From: Octopus bimaculoides
Lineage: Eukaryota
Direction of reading: 5' to 3'
NCBI RefSeq assembly: GCF_001194135.2
Contig: NC_069009.1
Coordinates: forward strand, 11,740,731-11,773,964
DNA: 33,234 nucleotides
The position numbers and the translations under genes are program-made. This document shows positions 32,912-33,234 of the stretch, piece by piece. Numbering within the stretch: position 1 is the first letter of the stretch; each line of letters starts with the position of its first letter. Under the pieces are notes generated by a model that was not told the DNA's origin, did no database searches, and saw nothing but the letters and a program-made list of their open reading frames with translations.

Positions 32912-33234
32912 ACCTAATTACCGTTAACTTTTCACTTGGCTTAGACATCCTTCAAGTAAACAAGCAAAAATCTATTGCAAGATGGAATACATATACCTCT
33001 TACACCTAAGCTATATTATCTTTCGTTCTAACATAATTTTCAGGATTATTCCCACTAGGATAAATTTGCACGAATTTCTACACGGATATTTACCACTGGA
33101 ATGAAACTACTCTTCAAGTACTGTTCTCTCTTTTTTTCAGCACATCACACTCTTTACCACTTCATACTAAAAATATCCGCTTATGGATATAATAATAGAT
33201 TACTATATTTTTTCTGTCTCCGATGTAGGGAAGT

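Overview
Repeat-dense, AT-rich eukaryotic genomic DNA with 8 assembly gaps. The SINE/RTE repertoire resembles octopus (cephalopod) repeats, which is an inference. Host genes: two divergently oriented paralogues of an ankyrin-repeat gene. Gene B (+) has candidate exons at 18986-19069, 25954-26105 and probably 27109-; gene A (-) has one exon at 1293-1370. The rest is transposon debris: tRNA-SINEs, RTE LINE 3' ends, a deleted Tc1/mariner element (probably DD41D), mariner, Merlin and hAT-Buster remnants, and several TIR MITEs. Main finding: four near-complete type I hammerhead ribozyme folds (217-280 -, 3142-3210 +, 7641-7692 +, 23991-24082 -) plus several broken ones. Two of them belong to an apparently non-coding ~520-530 nt unit that occurs at two diverged loci in different circular permutations with compensatory helix changes, like a retrozyme or Penelope-dependent element. 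Second finding: a ~184-codon Glu/Lys-rich CDS sits, almost without UTRs, inside the telomere-like centre of a TIR element. All folds and alignments were done by eye, and many element boundaries are approximate.
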